The notes beneath the pieces were generated by a model, which had not been told where the DNA came from, did no database searches, and saw nothing but the letters and a program-made list of their open reading frames with translations. Shown here piece by piece: positions 26,953-40,345 of a stretch of 64,000 nt of DNA; position 1 is the stretch's first letter, and every line of letters begins with the position of its first letter. Source of the stretch: the human T2T-CHM13v2.0 reference genome, Homo sapiens; assembly GCF_009914755.1 (NCBI RefSeq), contig NC_060930.1, one strand, 5' to 3'. The position numbers and the translations under genes were made by a program.

Positions 26953-29187
26953 GAGTCAATCTAAAAACTGAAAGCTTTTGATGTAAAAATTAGGTAAATA
27001 ATTTGGTCTTTCTAAAAGAGAATAGTAAACATATGAAAAACATTATGAGAAAAGGCACATTAAAGTTTATTAAGCTTAAGAGAAAAAAGGGCACATAGTA
27101 CTTCAGAAGAAGAAATGTAAATATTGCCTGTTCTTTGTCTTTGTGCTACCAATCAATGTGTAGCTGTTATTTCAGTATTGGATCTCATTTGTTTCCTCAT
27201 TTCAGTGGAGAAAAATAGAGGCTGAGAAATTAATTAAACAGTTTGTTAATTGGCCTTTTACTTAGGTACTTGGCAGAAGGGTGAAGCTAAATTTTTACAT
27301 TAAAAATTCAGATAAGTTTATTGGGCCACATCCGTTTCTTCCGTTACTAAAATGCTGTACGTTTTGTCACCTCATTTTCTTGCTCTTTTGGTTTTGAGGG
27401 ATTATAAATATCCCACACTGGGATCGACATGCTCAGAATAATTTCTCTATATTAAATAATATGATAATTATTCTTGAATTCCATACAACAGTCTCTGGTC
27501 CCATAAATCATATATTTAAGTAATAAAAAAAAAATAAAACCCAGGAACCCCAGAAAGATCCCTCAGATCCCTCTACTACACTATTAGTGTGTGCTTTCCA
27601 GACTGAGGGGGACGTTCCATTTATAACTTTCATTTGTTTCCTACCATTGTGGCTAAGTTTCCACTTATTACATGTCTCCTTGCCTTAATATTAACTTCCA
27701 GTCTGAAGCACTGTAAACTGTTTCTGCACCCCTAAATTAAAGCAAATGATATCTAGTCCACATCCACCACCAATCTTACTAGAAGCCACTTCAAAGATTC
27801 CATTTTTTAAAAATGAAGTATGGCCTCTGCTTCCTGAAGCAAAGGTTGGCCCTGTTCATAGTGAAGTTAGATTTTCTCTTATTCTCCTTCTATTCAAACA
27901 CTGACAGTTTTCTTCAATATATTTTCTTCTTCTCCTCTAAAGTTAAACCTGCTTATTGTGTTTTTGTTGTTGTTGGAAGAGGGGTAAGAAGAGAGCACTG
28001 GTGAACACCTCACTCAGCGCCACTCAGGACCAGTCCACGTGTGTTTGCAGTGACATTCCAGTACCACATGTGGCTGTCTTTCATAAACATAAAAGTTTCA
28101 AAACATTTGAACACTGTATCAGTTACATACAGTTTCAAGAAAGCAGTTGTGTATATGTCTTTCTTATGATGTCAATGCGTTTATCAAACTCTATGCCAGC
28201 TGATGGCGGAAAAGACAGAAAGCTCTACATCTCTGCTTTTTGAACATTTTCTCAGTCACTCATTTATAGTAGCTTCTCTGGCCTCATATCATGTTGCTTA
28301 TCATGCAAACCACTTTTACTCTCTTATCCATGTATTTACACTGTGGCTATAAATTAAGCCCTGGGGCAATGTAACACAGAGTATACTATTGCTTTCCTAG
28401 CCCCCTTCCCTCCCTTCTGCCCCAGAGTCCCAGGCACACAACAGAGCTTCTGCACATGGTAGAAAACCAGAAAACACAGATCCTCAGATCCTGACAATTA
28501 GACAGACAGTCTAGTATCACAGGAGCCACTGAGGGGTACAGTATCGATCTCTCCCCTCACACACACACACGTGCACAGAAACACACAGATCTCAAATAGT
28601 TTAGCGTAAGCCGAAGATATGTTCCTTAAAAAATATATTTATATATTATATATTAACATATAAAAATACATTACAATATATGTATATATTAATAATGTAT
28701 ATTTTATAAGAATATTCTTCTGGCACCTGCAGTGCTACTAACCCATAAGTATTTGAAAATAACTCATCTGCTTAGGTCTTTCCAGTTCTGCAGGTATGTG
28801 AACTTGAACCCTAAACCCACAAAACGTTGTGTAGTATAAAGAGATACATCCTATTTCTCCTCCACTCATAGCTGAGACCATGAGACATGAATATGCTTGC
28901 TCTCTCCCTTTATGGGATGGATCTTTTGCTGATTCACCCTTTGACTGGGGGTGTGGTCTTTTGGGGAGTCCTGTCCTTACATATGTTCTCATTAATGTTC
29001 CTTATCTTGCTTCGGCCCAACGTTGTTTCCTGTCCCCTGTATGGCTGCTATAAGATGGAAAAATGGCCCAGAATTTCAGTCCGAATCTCTCAGAAAATAG
29101 AGACAATGCAATTCAACCAATTTAGCAAATTTCATAAACCTTAATTTATCTGAATACGTTAGTCTTCTTTTAATTACTAGGACATAA

Positions 29188-29632
<445 letters not shown>

Positions 29633-31014
29633 CCTTCTCATTCTTTAGATATGATTGCAACAATTACTTCTTCAGATAGGCCTTCCTTAACCATTAAAAC
29701 CGCATTGGGGTATTAGCAATGTTTTGTTACTTGGGCATTTTCAAGAGGCAGACATAGTCCAGAAGCAGAAGTTTGGGCAGGTCCCAGATCTTGTTCTATA
29801 GCCCTTTATCCTGAAGACCTAAACTGTTATTCATTCTATAATAAATATGCTACACAAATAAATGATTACTCAAAGTGTTAAAATATAGAAGATATATTCA
29901 TACAGAGAAACGAGAGAGAGAGAAACAGCCCTTCAGAAACAATAACTTCCAGTTGCAGCTGAACACAGGATACTGAAGTGCTGCCTAGTTTTCTATTGTT
30001 TCAGAAACTAGAATACCTAGGGAAGGAAAATTGCAAAAATTCCCATGCCCCAAAGACCATGGAATAACATTTTCTTTTTTCTGTGATTCAATAGAACGTT
30101 CTTTTCTTGCTGCCAGAGGATAAATAAGGATTTGTACACATATGTTACAAAGTCAAAATAAGCCCTTGTGGAACTTGATCTTCCCATTGTTTTTTAACTT
30201 CTGCCAAGCAACTGTATACTTTAGGACTGTGATACTAAGTTTACATATTGGTTTTCAGCCTCCAACCAGAAAGCTTTTATATAGTCTTATCTCTGATTGT
30301 CAAAATCTTGGATTCTGAGAATATCAAACAAATCATTTTTAGCTGCATTTAAGAAACTGACATTAATTTTAAAATAATACTCGTTTAATGCTACTTACAG
30401 CTATTCTTTCAAATGAATACATTTAAAATAACACAGAGTATAATAAGCAATTCATAATCTTCCAACTTTCTAGATCTCTTCACTTTATCATATAATGGAA
30501 TATAGTGATTAAAAGACATAAGTTCTGTCAAAAGTAAGCTTGCCAACCTCAAGAAAACATTTTAAGCAAAATATACTATATTTCAGCACCAGATCTTCCC
30601 ATCATAGAGCATGAAATCACCAAAGAAAGCATTGTTTCATGATTATGATAGTCTACTATTTTTGTGTTTTGCACTGCTCAAAATGCCATCGTATTTCAGT
30701 CTACTGAATGTTATGGTTGATAGAATATGAGGAGAGAAACAAGCAGACATAACTCTGCTAAGATTAATACTTTTCAAAAGAATAGATTACAGATTTTATC
30801 AAATCAAACTAACAGTAATAAGAGATCTTCATTGCCCTAAAAAAATGTGAAATTGACAAATATTTCCCAAGTGCCTGTCATGTGCAGACACTGGTTAAAA
30901 TTAGATTCATAACATTTTATGAAAATTGTAACAATACAGCTTTCAGTATGTTTATATTACAGATAAAGATGAACACCCTATGCACACACATAACACACAA
31001 AGAGTACAAAATAC

Positions 31015-31203
31015 CTGAAGGGCCGTAAGGATATTTGCTAAGGCTTGTCCGTATGTGTCATGACAGTGAACAGCAAGAGCACCTGGTGGGATTTCTTTCA
31101 TCACACTTTCCAACATTCTTTTCATACTTCCTGGAGTTCCCACTCCAATTGTGTCTCCTAGAGAGATCTCATAACAACCCATGCCGTACAATCTCTTAGA
31201 CAC
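31015..31203 (-). CDS. HMGCLL1: HMGCLL1 internal exon, 189 nt, phase 0-0 ([63 protein letters not shown])
   Basis: caacag|GTGTCT...CTTCAG|gtattt, inside ORF 30952..31281. Contains SLGDTIG and the metal-binding HxH motif (HCHDT) of the DRE-TIM metallolyase family. Confidence 0.98.
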
Positions 31204-31669
31204 CTGTTGATAAAGGTGAAGTGCTAGTAAAATAATGGAAATGAAGAGACTCAAACCCTCTTGTGCCACAACTAACATCATCTAAAGGTAAAAATTACAA
31301 CTAATACCAGTAATGTCCATGAAAAATATATAATGTATTTTCTGGTCCTTTTTCTTTGCTTATGATATTCTAAACATTATATAAGACTTTGAGATTATTG
31401 CAATTATCTTTTTCTAATATTCAAGTTTGCCTTAGAGTCATATCTACCTATCTTTTTATCCAGCTATTTGTTCTACTATGAAATTATAAGCTACAATGTC
31501 AATTATGGGAGGCGTATGTTTCTCAACACTATAATCAAACCAAAGCATTACAGATCTACTTTGGAAGTAGTATTTCTCAAGCTATTAGTTTAGGGGTCAA
31601 AATAGTAATAAGAGATCTTCATTGCCCTTAAAAATGTGAAATTTACAAATATTTCACTACATATATATA

Positions 31670-32561
31670 CAGCTGACCCTTAAACTACACAAGTTTGAAC
31701 TCTATGGATCCACTTGTACGTGATTTTTTAAAAAATAACTATATTAAATTTTTTTTCGGAGATTTTCAACAATTTGAAAAAACTTGCAGACAAATCCCAT
31801 AGCATAGAAATGTCAAAAAAGAAAAAGGTATGTCATGACTATATAAAATATGTGTTAATACTAATCTATTTTTCTCATTTACTATAAAATAATACAAATG
31901 TATTTTAAAAGGTTAAAATTTATCAAAACTCAGCACACAAACAGACTGTAGATAGTGCCATTCTCATTCAAGAGAAATGTGCATGTAATGATTCAGTACT
32001 GAATCATAACTGCATAAAATTAATTATAGTACATACTGAACTATTGTAATAATTTTGTAGCCACCTCCTGTTGCTATTCCAGTGAGCTCCAGTGAGGGTA
32101 TCCACTTAAAATCCTGGTGATGCTAATCATCTCTGTATGAACAGTTCATCTTTCCAGTAAATTGCATATCGCAGGACAAAGTGATCTCTTGCAGTTCTTA
32201 TGTGTTTTTCATTATATTTAGTGAAATACCATAAACCTTAAATAACACCAATGAACTCATAGGAAGTGCAACTAGTGATGCTGGAAGTGCTCCCAAGAAG
32301 CAGAAAAAAGTCATGACATGAGAGAAAGCTGAATTGCTCAATACGCATCATAGATTGAGGTCTCCAGCTACATTTGCCCACCATTTCAAGATAACGAAAA
32401 TCAAAATATGTGTTAATTGGTGGGTTACATTATCTAAAAGGCTCCCACTCAACAGTAAGCTATTAGTAGTTAAGTTTTGGGAGCAAAAGTTATACCTAGA
32501 TTTTTGACTGTGCATGTGGAGTGTGGTGTCCCTAACCTCCAAATTGTTCATGGATCAACTA
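31670..32561. mobile_element. Tigger2-family non-autonomous DNA transposon
   Basis: TIR-like ends cagctgacccttaaac… and …tgttcatggatcaacta, flanked by TA. Confidence 0.85.
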
Positions 32562-32724
32562 TATTAAGTTCAGCTCTTTCACTAAGTAGCTTTGCAAATG
32601 GTAGAGTCATTTAATATTTCTGGTCTAATTTATCTGGCTCATAAATATATATACTTTGAGGTAAATTGCAAGATCTCTTCAAGCTGAATAATGTTACTTT
32701 CAAAGAGCAATATGAATGCATAAA

Positions 32725-33022
32725 GGCAGCATGGTATTTTGACAAAGACATGGGTTCTGGAATCAGAGAGGTCTGAATTTAAATCTCAGCTCCCACGCAT
32801 CCTAATCATGTGACACTGGGCAGAAGATTAGTCTATTTAAGCCTCAATCCCTAATCTTTAGAATACAGACAACAAAACACCTTCTTTTAGCATATTTTCT
32901 AAGCCTTGGTTACTCTGTTCTTAAAAAAAAAAGATAAAAACAATTTTAATAATGATGTGTTTGGTTGTAAAAGTGAAATGAGAATGTATAAAAGCCATTT
33001 GACACACAATCTGGCACATGAT
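32725..33022 (+). mobile_element. MIR, followed by an antisense L2 fragment (about 33030-33520)
   Basis: gcagcatggt…tctggaatcagagaggtctgaatttaaatctcagctc…tgtgacactgggca. Then cattcatttaat…ggcaggtgctgtgctagg. Confidence 0.65.
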
Positions 33023-33781
33023 ACTGATTCGCTCATTCATTTAATATGCATTTCTTCAATACCTATTTTATGGCAGGTGCTGTGCTAGGTCCCAGGATAT
33101 AATGGGGAAATGAATATTGACATGGCTCATGTTATTACAGATCCTGAAGTCAAGTGAGGATAGATCTTAGTCAACCCTACTGAGGAATAAATAAATACCA
33201 GCTAAAAATAAGAATTTTCAAACAAAGAAACAGGATTCCAAGAGCATGTAGTAAAGGAAATTGACCTGGATCTGTCAAGCTTAGGACCTATGTGACAACT
33301 TGAAATAAAGTAAGCTTTATTATAAAGTGCTTACTAACTCGTTGAAGAGGGTGAGAAGGAAGGACCTGAGAAGAATGTTCTAGGAAGAATATCAGATGCA
33401 AATGTTAATGGCTTCCAGGCAGCTGACATACAAAATGCAAAGAACATTCCAGGTAGGGAAAAAGCTAAATGCAAAGGACAGTGTAATGAGAAAGCAAAAA
33501 CTGAGGAGGGAGACAATGAGGGGAAGGACCAGAGGCCTGAACAGAGTAATCACAGTTTGAAGTAGTAATTTCAGAGAGAAGAGAGTGAGTTAAGCACAAA
33601 ATGTATTAGAATCACACAAAAGGCCCCTTTAAAGTTTCTGGTCCTGAATTATTCCTGTTACATGACTCTGCAGTAGCACCTTAGGCGTTCGGGTACAGAA
33701 ATGGAGATCCTCACCCAAGGTGTGTGTGGTTCATTCCTACGTGGTGCACAGCAAAAGGAAGAAAGCAAGTCTGCTGGTAAG

Positions 33782-33955
33782 CAAAGGTGGATCCAGGTTT
33801 TGTGGGGCCAGCCTGAAGTTATGCCCTTTGGAGGTATTCTTAAAAAATATATATACAATTGTGAATGCAAATTAATGACAGCCTTGGAAGGGTCCCATGC
33901 AAGTGAAAAACCTAAAAAATCTGAATTGTGTTATTTTATAGTATATGTGCCTCTG
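33782..33955 (+). mobile_element. MER53-like hAT MITE
   Basis: ggtggatccaggttttgtggggcc…gccttggaagggtcccatgcaagtga…gcctctg. Confidence 0.75.
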
Positions 33956-34835
33956 TGTGCAAGGGTCTTGTGTAAATAATAGATAAAAGGATATGTTTCA
34001 TTTGAAAAATCTGCAGTAGATTCCAAAAGTTCAAATGAAAGCACAAAAGAGGAACAGCTTTAGCTAAACTGAAAGTTTATCCTGCCTAAATTTGGATTTT
34101 CTTATAAGGCCGTCTTCACTGCTTTGGTGCAAAATTTTTCAAAAATTACTAAATTTGTCAAAATTAACCTTAAAAACAGGTCTACATTAATATACTTTAT
34201 ATACAAATAAATTTCTGAAACTAATATAATCTCAAAGACAGTGCATTTTGTATTCATTGGTATAAATAAATAATAAAGGACAGGAAGAAAATAAACTTCA
34301 GTAATCAGGGCCTTAATGACTATAACCTATTGCTGTAAAATTGTTCTGGAATAACAGCAACTTAATCACAGCAGTAAGATCTCCAGGATCACAAAAGGAC
34401 AAGAACACAAAAGTAGTGTATATTCTGATATAACGGGCCAAAGTATGCAGGAGCAAAACAGGGATGCTGCCTAAGCAACCAAGGAAAGTTTAAGTGTTTC
34501 TCCAAAAACTGCCCTGACATTCTGATGGAGATTGGAAAGGCCACTCACTACGTTATAGCCTCAAAAAAACAAAATGTATATTTTTATTCCTTCCACCTTT
34601 GAGCACCCAAATTATAGGACTCAACTGTCCCTTAACGTTGAAAAGTTATAGCCAATGTACAGGACTTCACTGTTAAAATGAAACTATTAGTTAAGTGATC
34701 AAATATGTCTTCAGGGTTCGCCTCTTAATCCATGGCTTCATGCTATGCAGATTCAATAAATATTAAGAAAGCCCCCTTTTAAAAATAATATATATCATGT
34801 TACCATAAACCAAAAAAGCTGAAGATGTAGCTTAC

Positions 34836-34899
34836 TTCTGTCACTTTTTGCGGTGTAATACTTCCTTCATATGGACAGCCCAGAGCACAAGACACATAC
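34836..34899 (-). CDS. HMGCLL1: HMGCLL1 internal exon, 64 nt, phase 2-0 ([21 protein letters not shown])
   Basis: tttag|GTATGTG...ACAGAA|gtaagc. Carries the GCPYEG motif and completes the split Gly codon of the 149-nt exon. Confidence 0.96.
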
Positions 34900-36859
34900 C
34901 TAAATTAAAAATACAGCCTTATAAATATGCATATGGTAAATAAGCCATTTCCATTTTATAAAAATTAAGAATTAGCTGAAACTGCATCAAGAAAATTTAT
35001 TTTGCACTATTACTTTATTATTATTTTGTCATTGGACCAAACCAAATGAAGTTTGAAGCATTTTCAATCAGCTCACATTTTTATCTTTCTATAATAATTA
35101 CAATTTGATATGTGTTTTTGATGACAGATGGGGATAAATAGTAAGTGATTATCTGGTAAAGTTATTCATACCATAGCAACATATAACATTCAAAGCATAA
35201 AATACCAGTGAAATATATGGTTTTATTAAAATAATTACATACACTCAACTGTTAAATATCTGGGTCTTTGGAAACATACAAGGAGATCATGTAGTAAACT
35301 AACTGAATTTTTCTTCTTACTCCCATCTGGATATTTTGGCCTCATTTAGGTACAGCCATTAATCATCCAAAGGTCTTGGAACTGGGCATAGCCTCAGAGT
35401 TCATTTTTTCTCTCTCTCTCATGGGTTTACCTAAATCATTCCAAACAGAAGAGTGTCTAGTGTGTTTAGAAGGCTCAGAATAAAGATATTCTATAAGCTT
35501 CTTTTGTAACTCATTCTAACATTAAAAAGTCAAGCATTTCCTGCAAAGACAAACATCCATTTCAATCTTAAATAATTAAGCTTTAGGAAAAGCCTGCTTT
35601 AGCTATTTCCAGCTCAACATCAATCCCATTTTATTAAACTTACTTCAGAGACATTTACAATTCTTGTATTGAAATAATGCATAACGAGTATGATATTTAG
35701 GAATGAATGAAGCAAGCTGCATAAAAGGGAGAGGGATGGTGGGAAATGAGGCTGGAGATCGAATATGGGGGTCACAATATGAAAGGGTTTAGAAAGCAAA
35801 GCCTTTGAACGCCATTCCAAGTTGTCTGGACTTTGAGATCACTCAAAAGTGTTTTGAGGCACTGAAAATTATTACGTAAGGTAGTGGCAAGATCAGATTT
35901 GTTTCCCAGAAATATAACTCTGTGGGGGCAGTGGAAGCAGATGCCAGAGAAAAGGTAGAGGCAAAAACACAAGAAATATCCTATTTCCTTAATTCTAATA
36001 TGCTATTGATTTGAAGATGCACTATGAAATTCCTAACAGTCTTTGGAGTAGAAAAATAAAATACATATTCAATGATTCAGTACATAGCTATTGATTCTAA
36101 GATGTAACCAAATTAGGTTACAAAAATTATAGAAGTGTTAAAATGTCAATTAAAACATGTTTTAGTATTAAATAGTTTTATAAGCCATTCAAGCAGTTAT
36201 GAGGGATAGAAAAGGATAAAAGAGGATAAATTCAAGTAAAATTGGAAAGTTATGCCAGACAGGAAGCTCATCCCTCCGTTATTCCAATCACTATAATCTA
36301 AGTTTATGCTTTAGATAATCTGTACATTTAATCAAGATGTGTGAAAATAAAATGTTCTTAAATGAACATAACACTGGAGAAGGTGGCTAAGGATGGAAAA
36401 GGAGAAAAAGTTTTAATACAAATGTAATGATTACAATAACATGCTAATATATAAATACATTGATTTTTGAACCCAAAACATCTAGATGTGAGTAAATAGA
36501 AAATCCAAGGTATTTATTTACATGTTCTCCTTCTAAATGTGAAAAACAAACATAAATGCAAAACAAAACAAACCTCTCCTGCATTTTCAAATTATTATTT
36601 GGCCACAGCTACCACTTTATTGACAGAACCTTAACTCTTTATGTGGGCATTTTTATTTATTCACACTTTCCCTCCAGGACATTTCCATGCCTGTGTTTCT
36701 GAGATCTTCACACTCTGTCTCATTTCATGTTCATATGCTCTTCCCTATCTTGTGAGGGAACACTGTTTTGATCTAGTCACGCATGCGGCTACTTTCTCCA
36801 AGGCTAATGTGATGGTTCTCAACTATGTTCCCTTAACTGTATACTTTAACATTCTAAAG

Positions 36860-37076
36860 CAGAGGTTGGTACACTAAGGCCCAGAGACCAAATCCTGCCT
36901 ATTACTCTTTTAATAATAAAATTGTATTAGAATACAGCCATGCCCATCTGTTTGCATACTTATTTATGGCTGCTTTTACACTACAGCAGAGTTGAGCAGT
37001 TGCAACAGAAATCATCTGACCCACAACACCTAAAATGTTATTGTCTGGAACTTTACAGAAAAAGGTTGTCAACCCT
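36860..37076. mobile_element. MER58A-like hAT-Charlie MITE
   Basis: Typical internal sequence. Perfect 8-bp TSD ttctaaag at 36852-36859 and 37077-37084. Confidence 0.9.
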
Positions 37077-37208
37077 TTCTAAAGAAGTCAAGCTGCTTTT
37101 CCTGAGTGAGAAAAGGCCTCTACCGTCATGAATATGAACTGAATTCTCTTCTTTGACAAGCGGCCAAAGCCAGCTTCTGGACTTCTGCTCTTCTCTAACA
37201 ATCTATTA

Positions 37209-37390
37209 CAGTGGTTCTCAACCTTGGCTGCACAGAATCACCTTGGTGCTTTAAAAAAGATAAACACTGATGCTTAGGATATGTTCCAAAACAATTAAAC
37301 CAGAAACCTAGTGGATGAAATCCAACCACCAAGATATTATTTTATATAATTTTTAAAGTTCTATTATACTGCCAACATTGAAAATCACTC
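37209..37390. mobile_element. MER5-family hAT MITE
   Basis: cagtggttctcaaccttggctgcacagaatcacc…ttgaaaatcact. Confidence 0.7.
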
Positions 37391-37629
37391 AACTATTAGC
37401 AATACTGCATCACCTGGATTGCTCTACTGATTCCCTTGTGTAAAAAGTTATATTACATGGACCTGACTGTATCTAACTAATCTCAGGAATTTCCTCACAA
37501 CTATGCCATAATATTTTCATTCAGCTTTGATTGCCTGGTGGTTAAGTTTTACCCAGACCCGTTCCAAATGATTTCTACTTTTCTGAAGCTGCAAACTCCA
37601 ATTGCTCCATTTATTTTTTTCATCTTATT

Positions 37630-39180
37630 CCTTATTTCTGGTTCAATGTTTTTGACTTAAGTGAATACACAGTAGTTCTTTCAGCAAGAGTCTGGTAGAT
37701 GTTGCAGACTGTTTTGTCAGCAAATGGTTTCATTTCATCTTCATTCTTGAGCAATAGTTTGACTAGGTATAAAATTCTATGTTGACAGTTATCTTGGCAT
37801 ATTGAATATATTATTTTACTGTCTCTGGTCTCAGTTATTGCTGACAGGAATTTTACTGTCAAGCTAATTCTTTCATGGTAGTCTATTTTTTTCTCTACTG
37901 TTCTATCTGTTTCTATCTTATCTGCATTTTACTATTAGCTATCTCAGGATCTGCTATACTTCTTCAATATTAACAGTGCTTTTCCTAATTTCTAGAAAAT
38001 TCTCAAGGTACTACCTTTTCAAACATATTTCTCATATCTATTTTCTCTGTTTACTCCATATGGAAATTCTATTAGGCATTTTCTACTAACCTTACTTTTA
38101 CAATTTCTATTAATTTATTTTTCTGGGTTTCACTCTTATAGTTTTCTCAAATCTTAATTGCAGGCTAAGCTGCACATAATCTGCTGTTCCCTTTGGCTAC
38201 ATGTAATCTGCTGTTCAATTAATTCATTCACTTTTGTATTTTAATGAATATATTCCCATTTAGAGATAATGTTTCATTTTGTCAAATACTAATTTTGTTT
38301 TCTGTAAAGATCTGGTTTTTTTTTTGCTCGCATTGTGAATTTTTTAAAGATTCATTTCAAATACATGATTTTGCTATTTATTATACTTTGTTAGACTGCT
38401 AAATTGTTTCAAGTTTATCCATCTTCTGAATTTTATTCTTCTCATCCACAAAGATGTTATATCTTTTTTATTATTATTATACTTTAAGTCTTATGTTCTT
38501 ACTTTGCCTCTATAAACATTTCATGTGGTTAACTTATAATCTTTTTCAGATTGTTCTGTTACCTTCTGTTCTGCTAAAGTTTTTTTCTGTTGTCTCCTGT
38601 GTTTGTTTTCCTTAAGTTAGCTTGTTTTCTCATGTGCTTTATAGTTTTTATTGTGAGTGTCTTTTCATGGCAATTTTAGTTTCTGTAGGAATTCTATGAG
38701 CATCTTGAATTATTTAAACGATCCTATCGAAAGAATCTGATTGCTTTCTGCCCTTACCCTGTGGAATTTATCAATTCTTGAACAAATTTCTACCTTAATT
38801 TCTCAATTTGGGTTTCCACAATACTCATGTGTCACAAATCCACAACCCATAAAAATAGCTGGCATGGATCTCAATGACTTTGCATTGGCAAAGAGGTGAT
38901 ACCAGACTCCAAGACATAGTTCCAAATTCATAACTTAGCAGAACATTGAATTTTTTCCCATGTAGATATTAAAATCCCATTACTACACTACTAGGTACTC
39001 TTTCTGGGATAGATACCCCCATATGCTTCTGTGGTATCAACCTACATGATTGCCACATTTTCATTGATGAAACCTGAGACTTTTTTTTCTCAGCTAGGTG
39101 ATATGTTCTAAAAGTTATAAAATTTCTGTGTGTGTAATGAGAATGAAAAAGGGGGTCTATGGGTTAGCTAAGTCCTCCAT
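37630..39180 (-). mobile_element. Old L1/HAL1-like ORF1-region fragment
   Basis: ORF 37632..37862 contains a degenerate RILYxxKL motif reminiscent of L1 ORF1p. T-rich strand. Boundaries approximate. Confidence 0.55.
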
Positions 39181-40139
39181 AGTCCCTCTCGCTCACCATT
39201 ATGCCCATAACCCCAGGATCAACCCCAAAGTGCCTCATGTACATTACAAGCTTGATGCATTCACATAGCATATTTAGTTAAACATGTCTGAAGTGGTCAT
39301 CATCCCTATTTCTTTCACATAAACCTGTTTCCCCTGCATTTGCCATTTAAAAAAATTACATAGTTATTCTCAGGGTCAGTCCTGCTAAGTCACTTGATGG
39401 TCACCTTTGTAAACTTATTCAATAACCAAAGGTTAGCTGATTCTTCCCCTCTAGCTTCTGTGGCATTTAGCCTCTGCCAGCAGCAGCTTGAGTGTACAGA
39501 ACCATTCCCAAGAACCCTCTCCTAAGTGCTCTCCTTGTTTCTAACCCCATGTCTCTCCACTTTACTTCAATTTCTAATGTCAAAATTATATTCTTAGAGC
39601 ATGGATTTGATTACATATTTTTCCACTTTGACAATCTTTAATGGCTTGCTATTTTCTACTGAATAAACTGGTGTTCAAGTTTAGCAATCTGTGAAACTCC
39701 AATCTAACCTTCTACCTTTCTTTTACTATACATCCACAAAAAACTTTATTTCAATAAAAGTAAGCTTCTTTCTATTACCCAAACATTTCCTGAGATTTCT
39801 CTTCACTGTGTCTTTGCTCTTTGTAGATTCCCTGCCCTGCCTGAAAAAGCCATTATTTTGATTATGTTTCCATACATTCATATATTTTTAATGACTTCAT
39901 TGTACTGGTACCTTCTTTATGAAGTTTCTCTAAATCACCCCAGATATTAGAATTACTTTAAATTTCAATAGTATGTATCTTTATCTCTCTTAATGTACTT
40001 GCCGGTTTTGGCAGTACAATAATTATTTTCATACATATTTTATTTTCCCAGTCTGCTAAAAACTCTTTGAAGTTATGCTGAATTTTCATTTTCATAGCCC
40101 ACATGGTATCACAAGACAGCACTTTGTTTAAAACAAATA

Positions 40140-40345
40140 TAGTCATCCCTCAGTGTTTGTGGGGAATTCTCCCTATATACTTTAAATCATCTCTAGATTA
40201 CTTATAATACCTAATATAATGTAAATACTATGTAAGTAGTTGCTAGACTGTATTTTTATTTTTCTTCAAATTATTTTTAAAAATTTTTGATTCATAGTTG
40301 GTTGAATCCCTGCATGTATAACCCATGGATATTGAGGGCCTACTG
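40140..40345. mobile_element. MER2 (Tigger-family MITE), internally deleted
   Basis: tatactttaaatcatctctagattacttataatacctaat. Ends agtcatccctcagt… and …gagggcctactg, flanked by TA. Confidence 0.88.

Noticed and set aside
30952-31281. 109-aa ORF as a stand-alone gene
   Set aside because: Only 31015-31203 is lyase-like and bounded by splice sites. The flanks are intron read-through.
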